Origin: Xylographa opegraphella
Lineage: Eukaryota
Reading direction: 5' to 3'
DNA length: 64,000 nt
NCBI GenBank assembly: GCA_022813865.1
Contig: JALDZX010000004.1
Location: 186,001 to 250,000, forward strand
Positions 12,614-24,610 of this stretch are shown here, one piece after another (the first letter of the stretch is position 1; every line of letters begins with the position of its first letter). The translations under genes were made by a program, and so were the position numbers. The notes under the pieces are model-generated. The model searched no databases, was not told the DNA's origin, and saw nothing but the letters and a program-made list of their open reading frames with translations.

Positions 12614-13324
12614 TCATCCTTTCCGCCCAACTTTCCCACTGCCACAACAGAGGTGCGCTGCCCGCCGCCCCTCCCAGTCCTCCCCCTCTGCCATGGCCTC
12701 ATCGACCTGCCGTCGGAACGGCAGCCACCCACTCATTCCCACGAACGCACCGAGCCGAGGACACCCGTTCAAAAGCACCCACGCGCCCATCGCGCAGCCC
12801 TGACTGAATCCCCATACAGCCAGATGATCGCTACCATACCCCAGACTCTCCAGAGCCGCCGTCTCCTCTCGGATCAACTTGCATAAGTAAATGGTGCTCT
12901 CCCGCAGGCCTTCCGCCTGCTCATCCTCGCCCAGCGTTCTGTCCGCGATCGACGAGACGTCGAACCAAGCGTTCATCGTCTTCCCGGCGAAGGCGGTGCA
13001 TTTGCGCGGGAAACCGGATGGGAAGAGCAGTTTGGCGTGCGGGAAGGCTTGTGGGAGAGGGTGTCCTTGGCTGTTGATGGCTGTTTGGAGAAGCTCTGTG
13101 CCGAAGGAGAGACCGTCGGTGCTGAGGCCGTGGAGGAGAATGATGGTGTGGGTGTGTATCTTGGAAGGTAGAATCACGAGGGGCTTTGGATGGCTGGTCC
13201 CCAGTACTTGCATGGTTGAATTATCTTTAAGCTCTGCGAAACGTTGTCGCAGCTGGTCAGGATCTGTAGCGTCGCTGCTGCATATGCCTTCAGCACTTTC
13301 CAGCATTGTGAAATGTGATACCAA
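12614..13324 (-). pseudogene. Phospholipase/carboxylesterase (acyl-protein thioesterase-like alpha/beta hydrolase), C-terminally truncated
   Basis: HTHTIILLHG, AWFD, nucleophile motif GFSQG and GMSGWLPF are present. The family's downstream HGxxD and His motifs are absent before the stop, and there is no room for them before the convergent MFS gene. Confidence 0.65.
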
Positions 13325-14493
13325 CGTGCTACGCGAGGTTGAGCTAGCTTTGATGGCTCGGTCTTCTATCTTTATGATAAGGTACGTAAGGTGAAAATTT
13401 CCAATCCGCAGTTGTGACTTTCCTCCTACACAAGAAATTTAGGCGTCGATGACCAACTCAAAGCGCTTCCTATACTGCCTGAGTCTCAAGTGATCCATAC
13501 CTCTTCTGGCCGATCATCCAATGAAGTTACAATTTCGTCCATACTTTGGACCTTCTATGCTTTTCTATAGCCATAATGAAACCTTTATGGGGGTGTCCAA
13601 GCTTGTCGGTATTGTGATGGATGAGCGGGATAGGAATGAGAGCATACATCGGTGCTACAATTGAGATTAACCGAGGAAGAAGTGACATGTGTCGCTGAAA
13701 GCTCCCAAGAAGCCGCGTCGACTTTCTATCTCTATCGAATAGGTTTCTGGCATGGCTATCTCAACGATGTCGGTTATCTATTTGCTGTGATAACTACCGA
13801 TGAACGACCTCAGCTACCATGTATATAGGAAGTGTGAGAGGGTTTAGCGAGCTTTTTCCATCCTGCTTCAGAACTCGATCTTAGGAGTTACCTTATAAGA
13901 TGTAGCCGCAGACCTCTATCATATCGTCCTCTCCACTGCAATATCTCGTCAGGAGAACCTGCACGGAGATTTTGAGCCCGCAGGACGGTATTAGTGACTA
14001 TCATCAACCCTTCCTCCATGCATCCACATGTCTAGAAGGGTCCGATATACATAATTTGAGCAAGAATTGGTTCCAATACACTTCCTTTCAGAAGCAAAAC
14101 GTAGAAATTTATACTGCATGTAGAACAATCTCCGTAAGCACAGAGATCAAACAAATACTCGACTTTGATTATTTCCCAAGGATCTCAATAAGTGTACAGC
14201 ACTTCAAAAACATAACTATGGTGAGATCAGGAACATAGTTCAGAACTTTAATGATATGACTTTCAAGAAGCTTTGTGGCAGGATATTGCATGCAATCCGT
14301 TTCTACCTTGTTACATCCTTTGCAGATGACTCCGTAGATAAATTATAGACGCGGTGTCGTGCGTGATTGGTCGAGGGCCGAGGGCATGGTTGAGATGGTC
14401 TGTGCACTGCCAAGGAGAGCTCCAGATTTTGTGAGGGCAAAAATTCCGAAGTTCGTTCATCTAGTCTACTGATTGAATGCTTCAATTGAAACA

Positions 14494-15615
14494 ATGAGAC
14501 ACGCCAGAAGCTTGGTGTCGCCAGCAGAAGCGTTGCGCTTAGTATTCTTACCGGCGTTAAACACATCCAGAACCGCTGGCCTGCACCAAGCGACTACTTA
14601 CTATCAACAACGTTCCGTATCCTCTACGTCCGAAGTTTCTCCACCCAAAGACCGTTCCTATCGCTCCCTCGATATAGCACCTCCACGGACTACGGGCCCT
14701 CGTTCGGAAAATGACTACCGTGCTCGCGAAGATAACCGCCAACCCGTTGGAACTTGGCAACCCAGATCATTTGGGCTCCGTGGCGCCGGCAATGGCCGTC
14801 CTCTGGAAAACACCGACGTGTCCTTTGGAGTTTCTACTCCACGATCATTTGGCCCTCGAGCGGACAGCACAGGTCGTCCTCTTAGAGCGAGTGATTCCTC
14901 TATAGAGACAGCAGCCTTCCGATCATTTAGACCCCTCTCGTCCCCTGAAAACCGTGCTCGTGAACAAGAAAAGCACTCCTCCGGTACCCAAACCCCACGG
15001 GAATTTGGGCCCCGCTCCTTGCGAGACGGCCCGCCTCAAGACGAGGCAATCCGCTCCTTGACAGTCCGTATAGTTTCTGACAACAAAATCCAAGAACCTG
15101 GTTACCTCCCCGACATCCTCGCTGCTATAGACCGCAAAACACACTTTGTACAACAGGTGTCTCCTCCGAATGATCCCAAATTCCCCGTTCCCATATGCAA
15201 GATCATTGACAAGAAGGAGAGCCGCGAACAGGAGAGGGCCAGAGCAAAGGCTATGAAATCCAGCCAACACGCCGCGTCGGCGAAGAAGTTGGAGTTGAGC
15301 TGGGGGATCGGAAAGCATGATCTCGAGCATAGAATGAAGAAGGTAAAGGAGTTTCTGGAGGAGGGCCGGAGAGTAGAGATTGTTATTGGGGCCTCAAGGA
15401 GGAAGGGACAGGCAAAGAAGGCGGCGAAAATAGAAGCGCAGGAGGCAGCGGAGACATTCAAGACGATCAGGGAGGCCATAGCAGGGACTGAAGACGCGAC
15501 GGAATGGAAGCCTATGGTTGGATCCGTCGGAACGATGGCCACCTTGTACCTGGAAGCAAAGACTAAGAAGGGCAAAGGGAACAAAGCCGAGAAAGACACA
15601 GAATCTGTGGATTGA
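14494..15615 (+). CDS. Mitochondrial translation initiation factor IF-3 (Aim23-like)
   Basis: Presequence-like N-terminus followed by PQDEAI, PICKIIDKK and KKLELSWGIGKHDLEHRMKKVKEFLEEGRRVEI (IF3 C-domain). Confidence 0.85.
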   Translation: MRHARSLVSPAEALRLVFLPALNTSRTAGLHQATTYYQQRSVSSTSEVSPPKDRSYRSLDIAPPRTTGPRSENDYRAREDNRQPVGTWQPRSFGLRGAGNGRPLENTDVSFGVSTPRSFGPRADSTGRPLRASDSSIETAAFRSFRPLSSPENRAREQEKHSSGTQTPREFGPRSLRDGPPQDEAIRSLTVRIVSDNKIQEPGYLPDILAAIDRKTHFVQQVSPPNDPKFPVPICKIIDKKESREQERARAKAMKSSQHAASAKKLELSWGIGKHDLEHRMKKVKEFLEEGRRVEIVIGASRRKGQAKKAAKIEAQEAAETFKTIREAIAGTEDATEWKPMVGSVGTMATLYLEAKTKKGKGNKAEKDTESVD

Positions 15616-16132
15616 GAACGACGGTCTAATCGATACGAAGAACTTCACAATCACGAACTTGCCCATACTGTGGCGCAAAATCTATCAAAAGGGTGGAGTT
15701 ATAATATTGTCACACTACCTAGCGATATGATGCCAGACACTTGTGTCAGGCAACAACGGGATCCTATAGACATATTATTTCAGCAAACTGGTCTGGAAAG
15801 ATGTGAGGATATCCATATCGTCCGTTGCCTTTTCCCCGTCAACTCTACCGCCACATCAGAGAACGCCCGTCATTGGCTGCAACGGAGGCCGGAATGGTGA
15901 GACTGGGTCATAGTCCGCGATATATAAGAGCCCAACCCAGCTCTTGACAGACCATTGGTAGCGCTACTACAACACTCTGGATTTGGTTCCAAGGAAAGCG
16001 AAACCGAGTTGACCTACGCAGATAAGATCTTGTTTTATGTATGAATAAGGCGCTGGTTCTAGGAGTTGTTTTACAGCGTTCTTGTGATATGACATGGATT
16101 GTCATATTCTCAGCTATTCGTTCCATACCAGT

Positions 16133-17667
16133 CTAACCAGGCATAACCCAAAGCACTTTCGAAGATCCATTTTGACTACCCTCAAGACCACTTGCCGGTA
16201 CCCCATGTTTCCCGCCAATGCTGCCCCCTTCTCCAATTCCCAATTCCTCCACTCTGCTCGCCAGGCTCACCAAATCTTCCTTCTCCTCCACCTCCAAAGG
16301 CCCTTCCACGCCCTCTGGCGGCAGCGCCCATGCTGGCAGCCCAGTTTCGTAAGCCCACTTACCATCTGCACACGCATAGCGCTTCGCATGCAAATAGATG
16401 CCAAGTTCGTGAACACCCGGGTCGCTGTACAGCGGTGTTTGGCATATCTCACAAAGCTCGCCCGTCATCTTCTCTGCCTTTTTCTTGTTATACTCATCCA
16501 TCATCTCGTCGTGGTACGCCATGGCTTCCGCGACTTCGGACTTGCCCATTTTGGATAGTCGGGAGATGATGTCTTCGTCCGCGGATGAGGATGCGTCGCC
16601 GGCGGCCAGCGAGGGGCCGAAAACTCGTTGGTTGCAGTAGATCGGGTCGTTGGCGATGGGATGTCCGAGATATTGGAGGTGAACACGCAGCTGGTGCGTG
16701 CGACCGGTAAGGGGCAGGCAGCGGACGATTGAGTACCCGGACTTGGCTTTCCAGGGGCGATGAGAATCACGGAGTTTTTCTTTCTCGGTACGTGTGTCAT
16801 CGGGTGGGGGAGCATCTCCCATTCTTGGTCGTCTAGAAGGATAATATGCTAGGCGCTTGAAGAGGGTGCGCGCGTCTTTACCGCTGGCTCGTGCTCTATT
16901 GAGCCCGAGTTTGGGGCTGATCTGCATAATCGGCTGATCGCACACAATGTCCTCCTCCGGAAATTCACCAATCACTCGGGCAATATATTCTTTCTTAACG
17001 TTTCGCTCTTGAATTTGAACACTCAATTTTTCGGCTGCCTTCGCATGCTTGCCAATAAACATGACACCGCTAGTCAGCCGGTCGAGGCGGTTACATGGAA
17101 GTGGATTCCATTGATACCCCCGTTCCGCGCGCATGATCTCGACGATTGAATTGTAGTTGTATCGACCGGCTGGGTGAACAGGCACGCCGGCAGGTTTGTT
17201 GATGACAATCATGTCATTGTCCTCATGGACTATACCAATAGGCTGGGCTGTAACGGGAGGCTCATGGCGATGGAGGGTATGAGATATTACGTCGCCATTT
17301 TTGACAATCGAGTCGATGGAGGCGACAGCTTGACCATTGATAACAACTTTACCGCATTCTATGGCATCTTTCTAAGCAGATTAGTGCATATACATTTCCT
17401 CTGAGTATAGGATCGACGAACATAATATTCAGCAGGTCTATCCCGAAACTCTGTGGCGAAAATGTCGAGAAGTTCTCTCCCTCGCCATCTCTCCTTGCAG
17501 TACGTATTGTAGGTATAATGGTATGGGTGTACCTTACGCAGGTCGTCTTCAAGGTAATATGGTCGAGGCCAAGGATCGCAGGGGGTGGTCACAACTGCTG
17601 GAGGTGATGCGAAGACGTCGGGTAGCTCTGAGGTATTTGTAGCTTCTTCCATTACTGTCAAAGCCAT
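16133..17667 (-). CDS. RluA-family tRNA pseudouridine synthase (Pus9/Rib2-like)
   Basis: YNTYCKERWRGR, INKPAGVPVHP, catalytic NRLDRLTSG, TGRTHQLRVHLQYLGHPIANDPIY and LHA. One intron at ~17422-17372. Confidence 0.92.
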
Positions 17668-17898
17668 ACACGGCGAGTTTGCACGCGCTCGCCGTGCCAG
17701 CAAGGCTAATATACGCGTTGAGGGCGCCAGCTGGACTGAAGAGTATCATACTCTGCGAAAATTACAGCTTGACTTGAAAACTGATTCTGCTTAAGTTTAC
17801 CCGGAGATGAAACTGCCTCGGCTAACGCCAGACTTATCTCCGCTTCAGACAAATCGCGTTGTCACAGAATTGCTGAATAGGTGGCTCCAGCCATTGCC

Positions 17899-18468
17899 AT
17901 GCCTTCTACAGGCCTCAAGAAGCGCAGGAGAAGCGACTACTCGTTTCATCAAGAATACAGGACCCGATGGTCCGCAACACGGTATTTCTTCACATCAAGT
18001 GATTTGTGCTGAAGCTCCATAGGTCAGACAATGATATGTATGACCACATGAATAATAGTGTGTACTCGTTTCTGTTCGTCTCATACTCTTTATCTTAATA
18101 TATCTTTCTCCTGATCTGTTGACAGTTTCGATTCTATCATCAATGGCTATCTAATAGAGCACTGCGAACTTCGTCCGCCCACTTCTCCGCAAATTGGATT
18201 AGTGGTTCACTCACAATGTGACTATTTTGGTGCTGTGGCTTTCCCTACTGTCGTTGATCTTGGCCTTCGTGTTTCGAAGCTAGGAAAGTCAAGTGTCACA
18301 TATGAGGTCGGAGTGTTCGAGAGAGGAGCCGATGATGTGAGAGCAGTAGGTGGCTTCACGCATGTTTTCGTGGACCGGGCGAAGAACAGACCTGTTGCGG
18401 AGGGAATGCCTGCGAAGGTGAGGGCAGGTCTAGAGAAGATTCTTACGAAGAAGATGTCAATGTTATAG
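17899..18468 (+). CDS. Hot-dog fold thioesterase (4HBT / acyl-CoA thioesterase family)
   Basis: Spliced translation YRTRW-SDNDMYDHMNNSVY-FDSIINGYL...LGLRVSKLGKSSVTYEVGVF...FTHVFVDR. Introns at ~17969-18022 and ~18075-18125. Confidence 0.9.
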
Positions 18469-18810
18469 TTGCTCTTGTTGCTCAAGTTTACCGAGTCAGA
18501 GGCATGTGTGTTCTGAGACTATCAATGCATATTTCTCCATCAAGTGCAGTCACCTCTGCATAAAAACCTTTGCTTTTGATATTTAAACGAAACATATCAA
18601 GCGGCATGTCGGCTAGCAAGCTAAGAGCATCTTAACGGGTCAAGTGTTCGACCGCCGTGCTTTATTCATCATCGGAGTCCTGCTCATCTGAAACCTTCCA
18701 TGGAAATGCTAATTGACATGCGGTCTTTTTACACCGAATATGCTTTCCAAGGAAATCAGTCCTAAGTATGACTCGTAAGTATAGCGCGTGCCTCACATTC
18801 ATCAACATAC

Positions 18811-19090
18811 CATATCATCAGCATCCTGCAGCTTATCAAGGGCAACGCTTGCCAGTCGCCTCGACTCTTGCAAAACGCCCTCGAAAACATTGATAGCAGT
18901 ATGGAAAGCATCTGCACATGATGTACACTCGGGGGAGCGCAATTGCGCGACGCCCCCCCAACGTTTGTAATGAGTCAAGGTAGTGCGGGTTCTTTCTTCG
19001 TCTCTGGATGCTTCTTCGTAATCTCCTAAGAGTGCCTATCGATAGACTTCAAGCTTGGCTCGCACCCCCTTGAGGTCATGAGTTGTGTAA
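18811..19090 (-). pseudogene. Possible decayed coding exon (helical/coiled-coil-like relic)
   Basis: Minus frame reads HDLKGVRAKLEVYR*ALLGDYEEASRDEERTR...VLQESRRLASVALDKLQDADDM, then a GTATGT donor. A single TAG lies at 19036-19038. Confidence 0.35.
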
Positions 19091-20215
19091 GAAGATATCG
19101 ATATTGTTAATCACCGTGCTGTATAGTGGGGTATGGATATAGGTATGGAGGAACGATACTTAAGAAACCAAACAGACAAGGTTTTTATATTCCCGTGAAA
19201 GTAATTGGTCAGAAGGGGCAGAAGCCATTAGCGAAACAATCCAAAAATATGTGCTGGCTAATCGAGCTTTTAATACAGTCACAACAGCGTGTCAAAGAGT
19301 GTGTCCTGAGATGAAAAAAACATGACCTCCCCACGTCAACTTCTCAGATCGTTGCAAGCAAATCTCATATCAGAGATGTGTCGGCCTCGTTTCGCCATTA
19401 AAGATCCAGCCGACCAACTACTCTGAATGGCAGTGATAATTATATAAGTAGAGCATGGATATTGAATGACAGACATTCTTTGTTCCTCCACTGTACGCCT
19501 CGATCAGTCAACATAGTCTAGTTAAAGACATTCCAATGTACGTTGGCTCGAGATAATTCAGGTGTGGTCGTGCAGAATGCAATCGTGCTTGTCGAATATA
19601 TGCCAGCGAATATGAACAAACGCACACCGCAGAGTGGTCACTCAGATCTGTGGACGGCGATCATAGGCAAAGCCAACTGTCAATGCCTTCCATGTCCCAA
19701 ATTTCGATGCCATTATAACATTTACATGCAGAATACTGCAGAACCAATTGGAGTTGTGGTGATCGACCTCGTCGATATAAACTGCTGCTTTGACTCGACG
19801 ATGTAATCGAAATGCAACACCTTGATGAAATGAAGCGATGTTGTTGAAGAGTTAGAATTTATATAAAGTATAGACATTATACAGCTTGTTCATTCAGCTC
19901 AGAGGTGAAATAGAACAACTATAATTATAACTCTGTAGATGCGCTCATTGGATAGATAAAGATATGTCACTGTGGATGTAATCTTGTCACGAGAGGACTG
20001 AAGTTTTAAGGTTGATAGATGTGATTTCTTTGCTTCAGCGGTCCCTGTAATTTTACCATTTCAAGTTTTTATCGTGGAAGATATTAAAGAACCCGCGGAA
20101 ATGATATGTAACGTGGCGCACCATGCTCCATGTTTTACCGTAGGATTGATCGGAAGATCATCTCCGATCGAAGTTTGCTCACAAGCCACACTGGGAGTCT
20201 ATATACCTTTGCCAC

Positions 20216-21512
20216 TCACAACTGATATTTGGTATCTTTCGGGGTCCCATTGCTTTCTCCGCTTCTCAGCATCAATTCCAACTGTATCATCTTAATAACT
20301 TCTCACTCATACGAGATTTGAGAAGAAATGACTTACCAGCTCAAGATCTGCCAGCGCCTCTTCGGGGTTTTGCCTCTCGTTCGTCTTGCCAGTGGCAAGT
20401 GCCTCGCCCCATTTCCTGACCTCCGGAGGCACTCCACTCCTCTCATCTTTCACTTCCGTTTTCTCTTCCTTACCGTTGATATTCGTGGTGATTGTTGAAC
20501 CCGAGACGCTGACACTACCTTGTTCACAGCCAACTGTCCACTCACTTCCAGTCAATGTGGTGCCAAATGAAACCTGGAAAGTGCCCGTAGAGCCTGTAGC
20601 GGTCTTCATTGTCGCGTCCACAGAGTCAACTGGGGGTAAGTGCTTCTGAAGCTGGTTCGTGAAAGCTGAGAGACGAGTGATTTTGTCGTTCGATCCGAGC
20701 AGCAGTCGAAGACCCGCGGTGAAATGCACACCTCCATCTAATAGGAACCCACCCTGGTGCGTTGGCGTTTTCCGCCATTCAGTTTCTGTCTGGGTTTAGC
20801 AAGCGATCCCGGCTCGAACTCCGGTTATTATCGTACCATAGTACTTTGAACCCGCTTCGACATTACCATATAGTCTAACACGGAAACCGAGTACACGTCC
20901 AAGTTTCTGGACTTGTTGCTGGGCGTGATCGAAGCTGTTGAGGTAACGGAAATTCTCGGCGACAGCCCAAGTAACCTTCTTGGTATCAATATTGGAGTGA
21001 TACCATTTGATCAACTCAGCCGCATCTTTGACATTCTCCGCAACAGGTTTTTCTGACAGGACATGCTTTCCTGCGGATAGTGCAGCCCTGATAAACTCTG
21101 GTTGATTCAGGATGGGAAGTCTAATTTCGAAGGAAGTCAGTTATGTTGTTCCTCCACCAATGATTAGATTACTAACGCAATAATGACGGCATGTATGTCG
21201 GATCGTTGGAGAAGGTCCTTGTACCCCTTTCCAGGTCCGGAGTCTTCTGAGTACAGATCGACGCTTGAGGTATCAGATGAAAGAGTCTTTGCTGATTTGA
21301 GGGATCTCGAATAAACGGCTTTGAGAGTCAGGTCCTTGGACGCCTCAACAGCTGGCTATTGATGGTCAGTATGTTACCCGTTGCAAGGAAAATCGTGGCT
21401 GACAAGATGTTCTTCTCGGGCAAAAATGCCTTTGTTTGATAATGGTCAGCAATGATCACCTTGGCCTTAGGTCGTATATACCGCCTCCGATGATTCCAAC
21501 TCCGATAGACAT
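20216..21512 (-). CDS. Gfo/Idh/MocA family NAD(P)-dependent oxidoreductase
   Basis: MSIGVGIIGGG, IFAREEH, AVYSRS, ALSAGKHVLSEKPVA, VAENFRY and GGFLLDGGVHFTA, joined across about five introns. Confidence 0.92.
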
Positions 21513-21856
21513 TCTGTGATATGCTGTACAGTAGCTTCTCGCAAATTTTTGTAACGCAATTGTGGTAGTATGAGTGAGTCTTCAAGAGCTGTAACAGTAC
21601 CGACTTTAAGTGTATCTTGTTCTGCCCCGCAGAATATGTAACCATCCCGGCTCAATTCCCAGTGTGGGGCTTTTATGAAGCACGGAGACCCTGCCCGAAG
21701 AGCCGGGCGACGATGGAAAATTACATTCCGACTGCTTTCTGTGCCGATATGATGGCTTGCATGCCTTCAAAGCTTGTTCACATCATAATTTATTGTGGTT
21801 ATCTCAATCAATAATGCGAACCGAAGGACCGAAGGGGCACACAGAGGTCAACATTT

Positions 21857-21888
21857 ATGACGTCATGCCTGTATCTAGCCCTAACCCT
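21857..21888. promoter_or_regulatory. CRE/ATF palindrome (ATGACGTCAT) next to a telomere-like CCCTAACCCT box
   Basis: Perfect 10-bp palindrome at 21857-21866 and CCCTAACCCT at 21879-21888, in the divergent promoter between the oxidoreductase and the CCCH gene. Confidence 0.35.
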
Positions 21889-22497
21889 GGATCAGGCGAG
21901 ATACGGAGTAGTCCTTCGAGCTCTGTGAGTTCAACGACAACACAATATTTAGTCCTTCGAGATTTGCAGCTTTGTTGCTTAGCTCAGACTCGGCATTATC
22001 ATCTTCGGAAAGCCTACTTCTAGTCAGCAAACACTACTTCGCGAGAAGCGTTTCGGATCGTTTCATTAATTAGGACTATCTTCGTCAAGTAGATGCTATA
22101 TTGTGGACAATTACAGAGCCTTTTGGTTCAAATCACACAATCATCCGGAACCTCAAGGATCAGCAACGCAAAGAGCGATTCACTCGAGAGGTGAATATTC
22201 AAGTACTCGATGTAGGATGGTCTAAAAAAGATTGATAGTGAAGGCCTGGCCAACAGGTTGCCCAATGTTTTAACTACCCTGACAACACTGGAGCATAACT
22301 CTTGCCCCAGGATTTAGTCCTAAGCGGCCTTAGCGTTAAAACCTGCTAGCTCGTGGGAAAGTCAATTGGCGCGTTCCTGACGATCAGATTGCTAACACTA
22401 AGCAAGTAGCAACAGAAAATCACTCAGTTGTGCTTTGCCCAGTACTGGCTTTCTCTACATTATCTGGTAACCGCGTAGTTCCACGCGTTGACTGTTG

Positions 22498-24201
22498 ATG
22501 ATGGCTGACGAAATCGACGATTTACAACTTACTTTCGAAGCATTGAGAGATACCGAGCATGCTAAGAATCGGCTTATAGAGGACCTCTTGGGACGGCTTC
22601 GAAGACTTTGTCAAGAATTAGAGCAGGAGAAACTTGACCATGATAGAGAGTCACATTTCAACCGAGAGGTTCAGCTTCGAGTCAAAGAACTTAAGGATGA
22701 GCTCCGGTTGGTCAAGACCAGGACTGTAAGTGATGTTGATCTTCAAACGTGGTGAGCTTCCTGCTGACCGTCCTTAGGAACGTGATGCCTTTATACTTGT
22801 TCTTATTGACGGCGATGGGATGATTTTTGATGATCCGCTGATCCAGAGAGGTGAAAATGGAGGCAGAGAGGCTGCAGGCATTCTATGGGGTGCAGTACGA
22901 GACTACGTGCAACAGATAATGCCGGACCTTACATCAGATTATAAGATTGTGACAAGAGTCTACGCCAATTTGAAAGGACTGGGTGACGTGTGTACCAGAG
23001 CTGGCATTCTTGACAGTCCTACCATTATGGAAGACTTCACACGTGGCTTCACTGGCAGCAAGCAATTATTTGACTTCACAGACGTGGGCTCTGGTAAAGA
23101 CCGCGCCGATGATAAAGTCTCTGGTCTGTTTTCCCTTCGGGTTGAACGCTCGTCGACTCGATTCACTAACAGTTCGTAGAACTGTTTAAACTCTTCGTTA
23201 ACAATTCTCATTGCAAGCACATCATCTTTGGCGGTTCTCACGATAATGGCTACGCTAGATTGCTTGAAGATATTGCCGGTCAAGCAACGCCGAATCAAAT
23301 AACTTTGTTAGAGGGAGTTCCGTTTGAACGAGAGCTGGCGATCATGAAGTCGAAATATCTATTTACCAGATTCGACACTTTATTCAGATCTACCAAAATA
23401 AATATTTATCAACAACAATATCAGCAGCTGCAACAGATTAGACCGCAGCCTAATTCTCAATCGCAGTCCATGTCTCAAATGGCGCCCTCTTATATGAGCA
23501 ACTTACAGTCGTCGCACTCAAGCGGATTACACAATGGTGTACCAGACGGACTTTCCACTGCGTTTCCAGTACCGCAGCCACAGCAAACAGGTTACCAATC
23601 ACCCTACCATACCTCAATGACACGTACGCCGTCAGAATCGACTAATAACTCCATGATGAATCCGTTGGCGCCAACGTGGGCTAACAAAGTAGTATCTGCT
23701 CCTCCAGCACAGACTGCTTCACCACCGCCTACACCACAGCCATCAACTATGGAAAACGCTAACAAGATACCTCGGAATAAGTTCGGTCAACGCATTGATC
23801 CTACAATCCAATACGATAAAAGTGAAGTCCGGAGAGTTCAAAAGATCCACATGTGCAATGTCCACTTCCTCCGCCATGACTGTCCATATGGGAACGATTG
23901 CACTCATGATCACTTCTATAAGCCCTCTAAAAACGAACTACTAACACTGAGAGTTATTGCGCGTGGAACGCCTTGTAATTTTGGCAGTGCCTGTGACGAC
24001 ATTAAATGCATTTATGGTCACCGGTAAGGATTGCGTCTTTCATCCCGAGTGTCCACCTCACTATGCGCACTGACGTCAATTAATAGATGCCCATCTGGTG
24101 CTGATGGAAGCAAGGAATGCCGCTGGGGAGTGCACTGCAGATTCAACAAGAGTTTGCATGGTATTGATCTTAAAGTTGTCAGAACTACGAAGGTATCTTG
24201 A
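22498..24201 (+). CDS. CCCH zinc-finger protein with N-terminal coiled coil and LIDGDG (NYN/PIN-like) domain
   Basis: LVLIDGDGMIF, RVYANLKGL, FDFTDVGSGKDRADDK and SHDNGYARLL. C-terminal CNVHFLRHDCPYGNDCTHDH and CNFGSACDDIKCIYGHRC. Three introns. Confidence 0.88.
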
Positions 24202-24610
24202 AGTTGTAGCTTGTGACTTTGTATGAAATTGTTCCACGTCAATGGTCGCACCAATCTTAAGCTGACAGGAATTGGGTAGTTGTCATGATCTTTCAGAAAT
24301 CATATGGCTGCTTCAGATCCACTACTCCACTGGGTTGCCTTCTCGGCTTGGAATGACAAGGAAACATTTTAGATCCGTATCCATACCCACAGAATTCGGT
24401 CAGAGTTCGGTCCTTGTAAGTCCAATCACGCCAGAAGCACAATTCAATGTAGTGTACCAGTCGTCTCTTCAACATTGTATTGAGTTTGTCATAGCGTTGT
24501 CCATCGCCCATCTCGCTAATGCTACTAAGAATGCTATCTTGATGCCGCTCGATGACATGTAAACTCTGAAGCCTGACCCTATAGACCTTGTGCCTGTTTT
24601 ATCTTGATTT

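Noticed and set aside
21879..21888. CCCTAACCCT as a telomerase RNA template or telomere remnant
   Set aside because: It is a single 10-mer in a <1-kb divergent promoter, with no array and no supporting structure I could identify.
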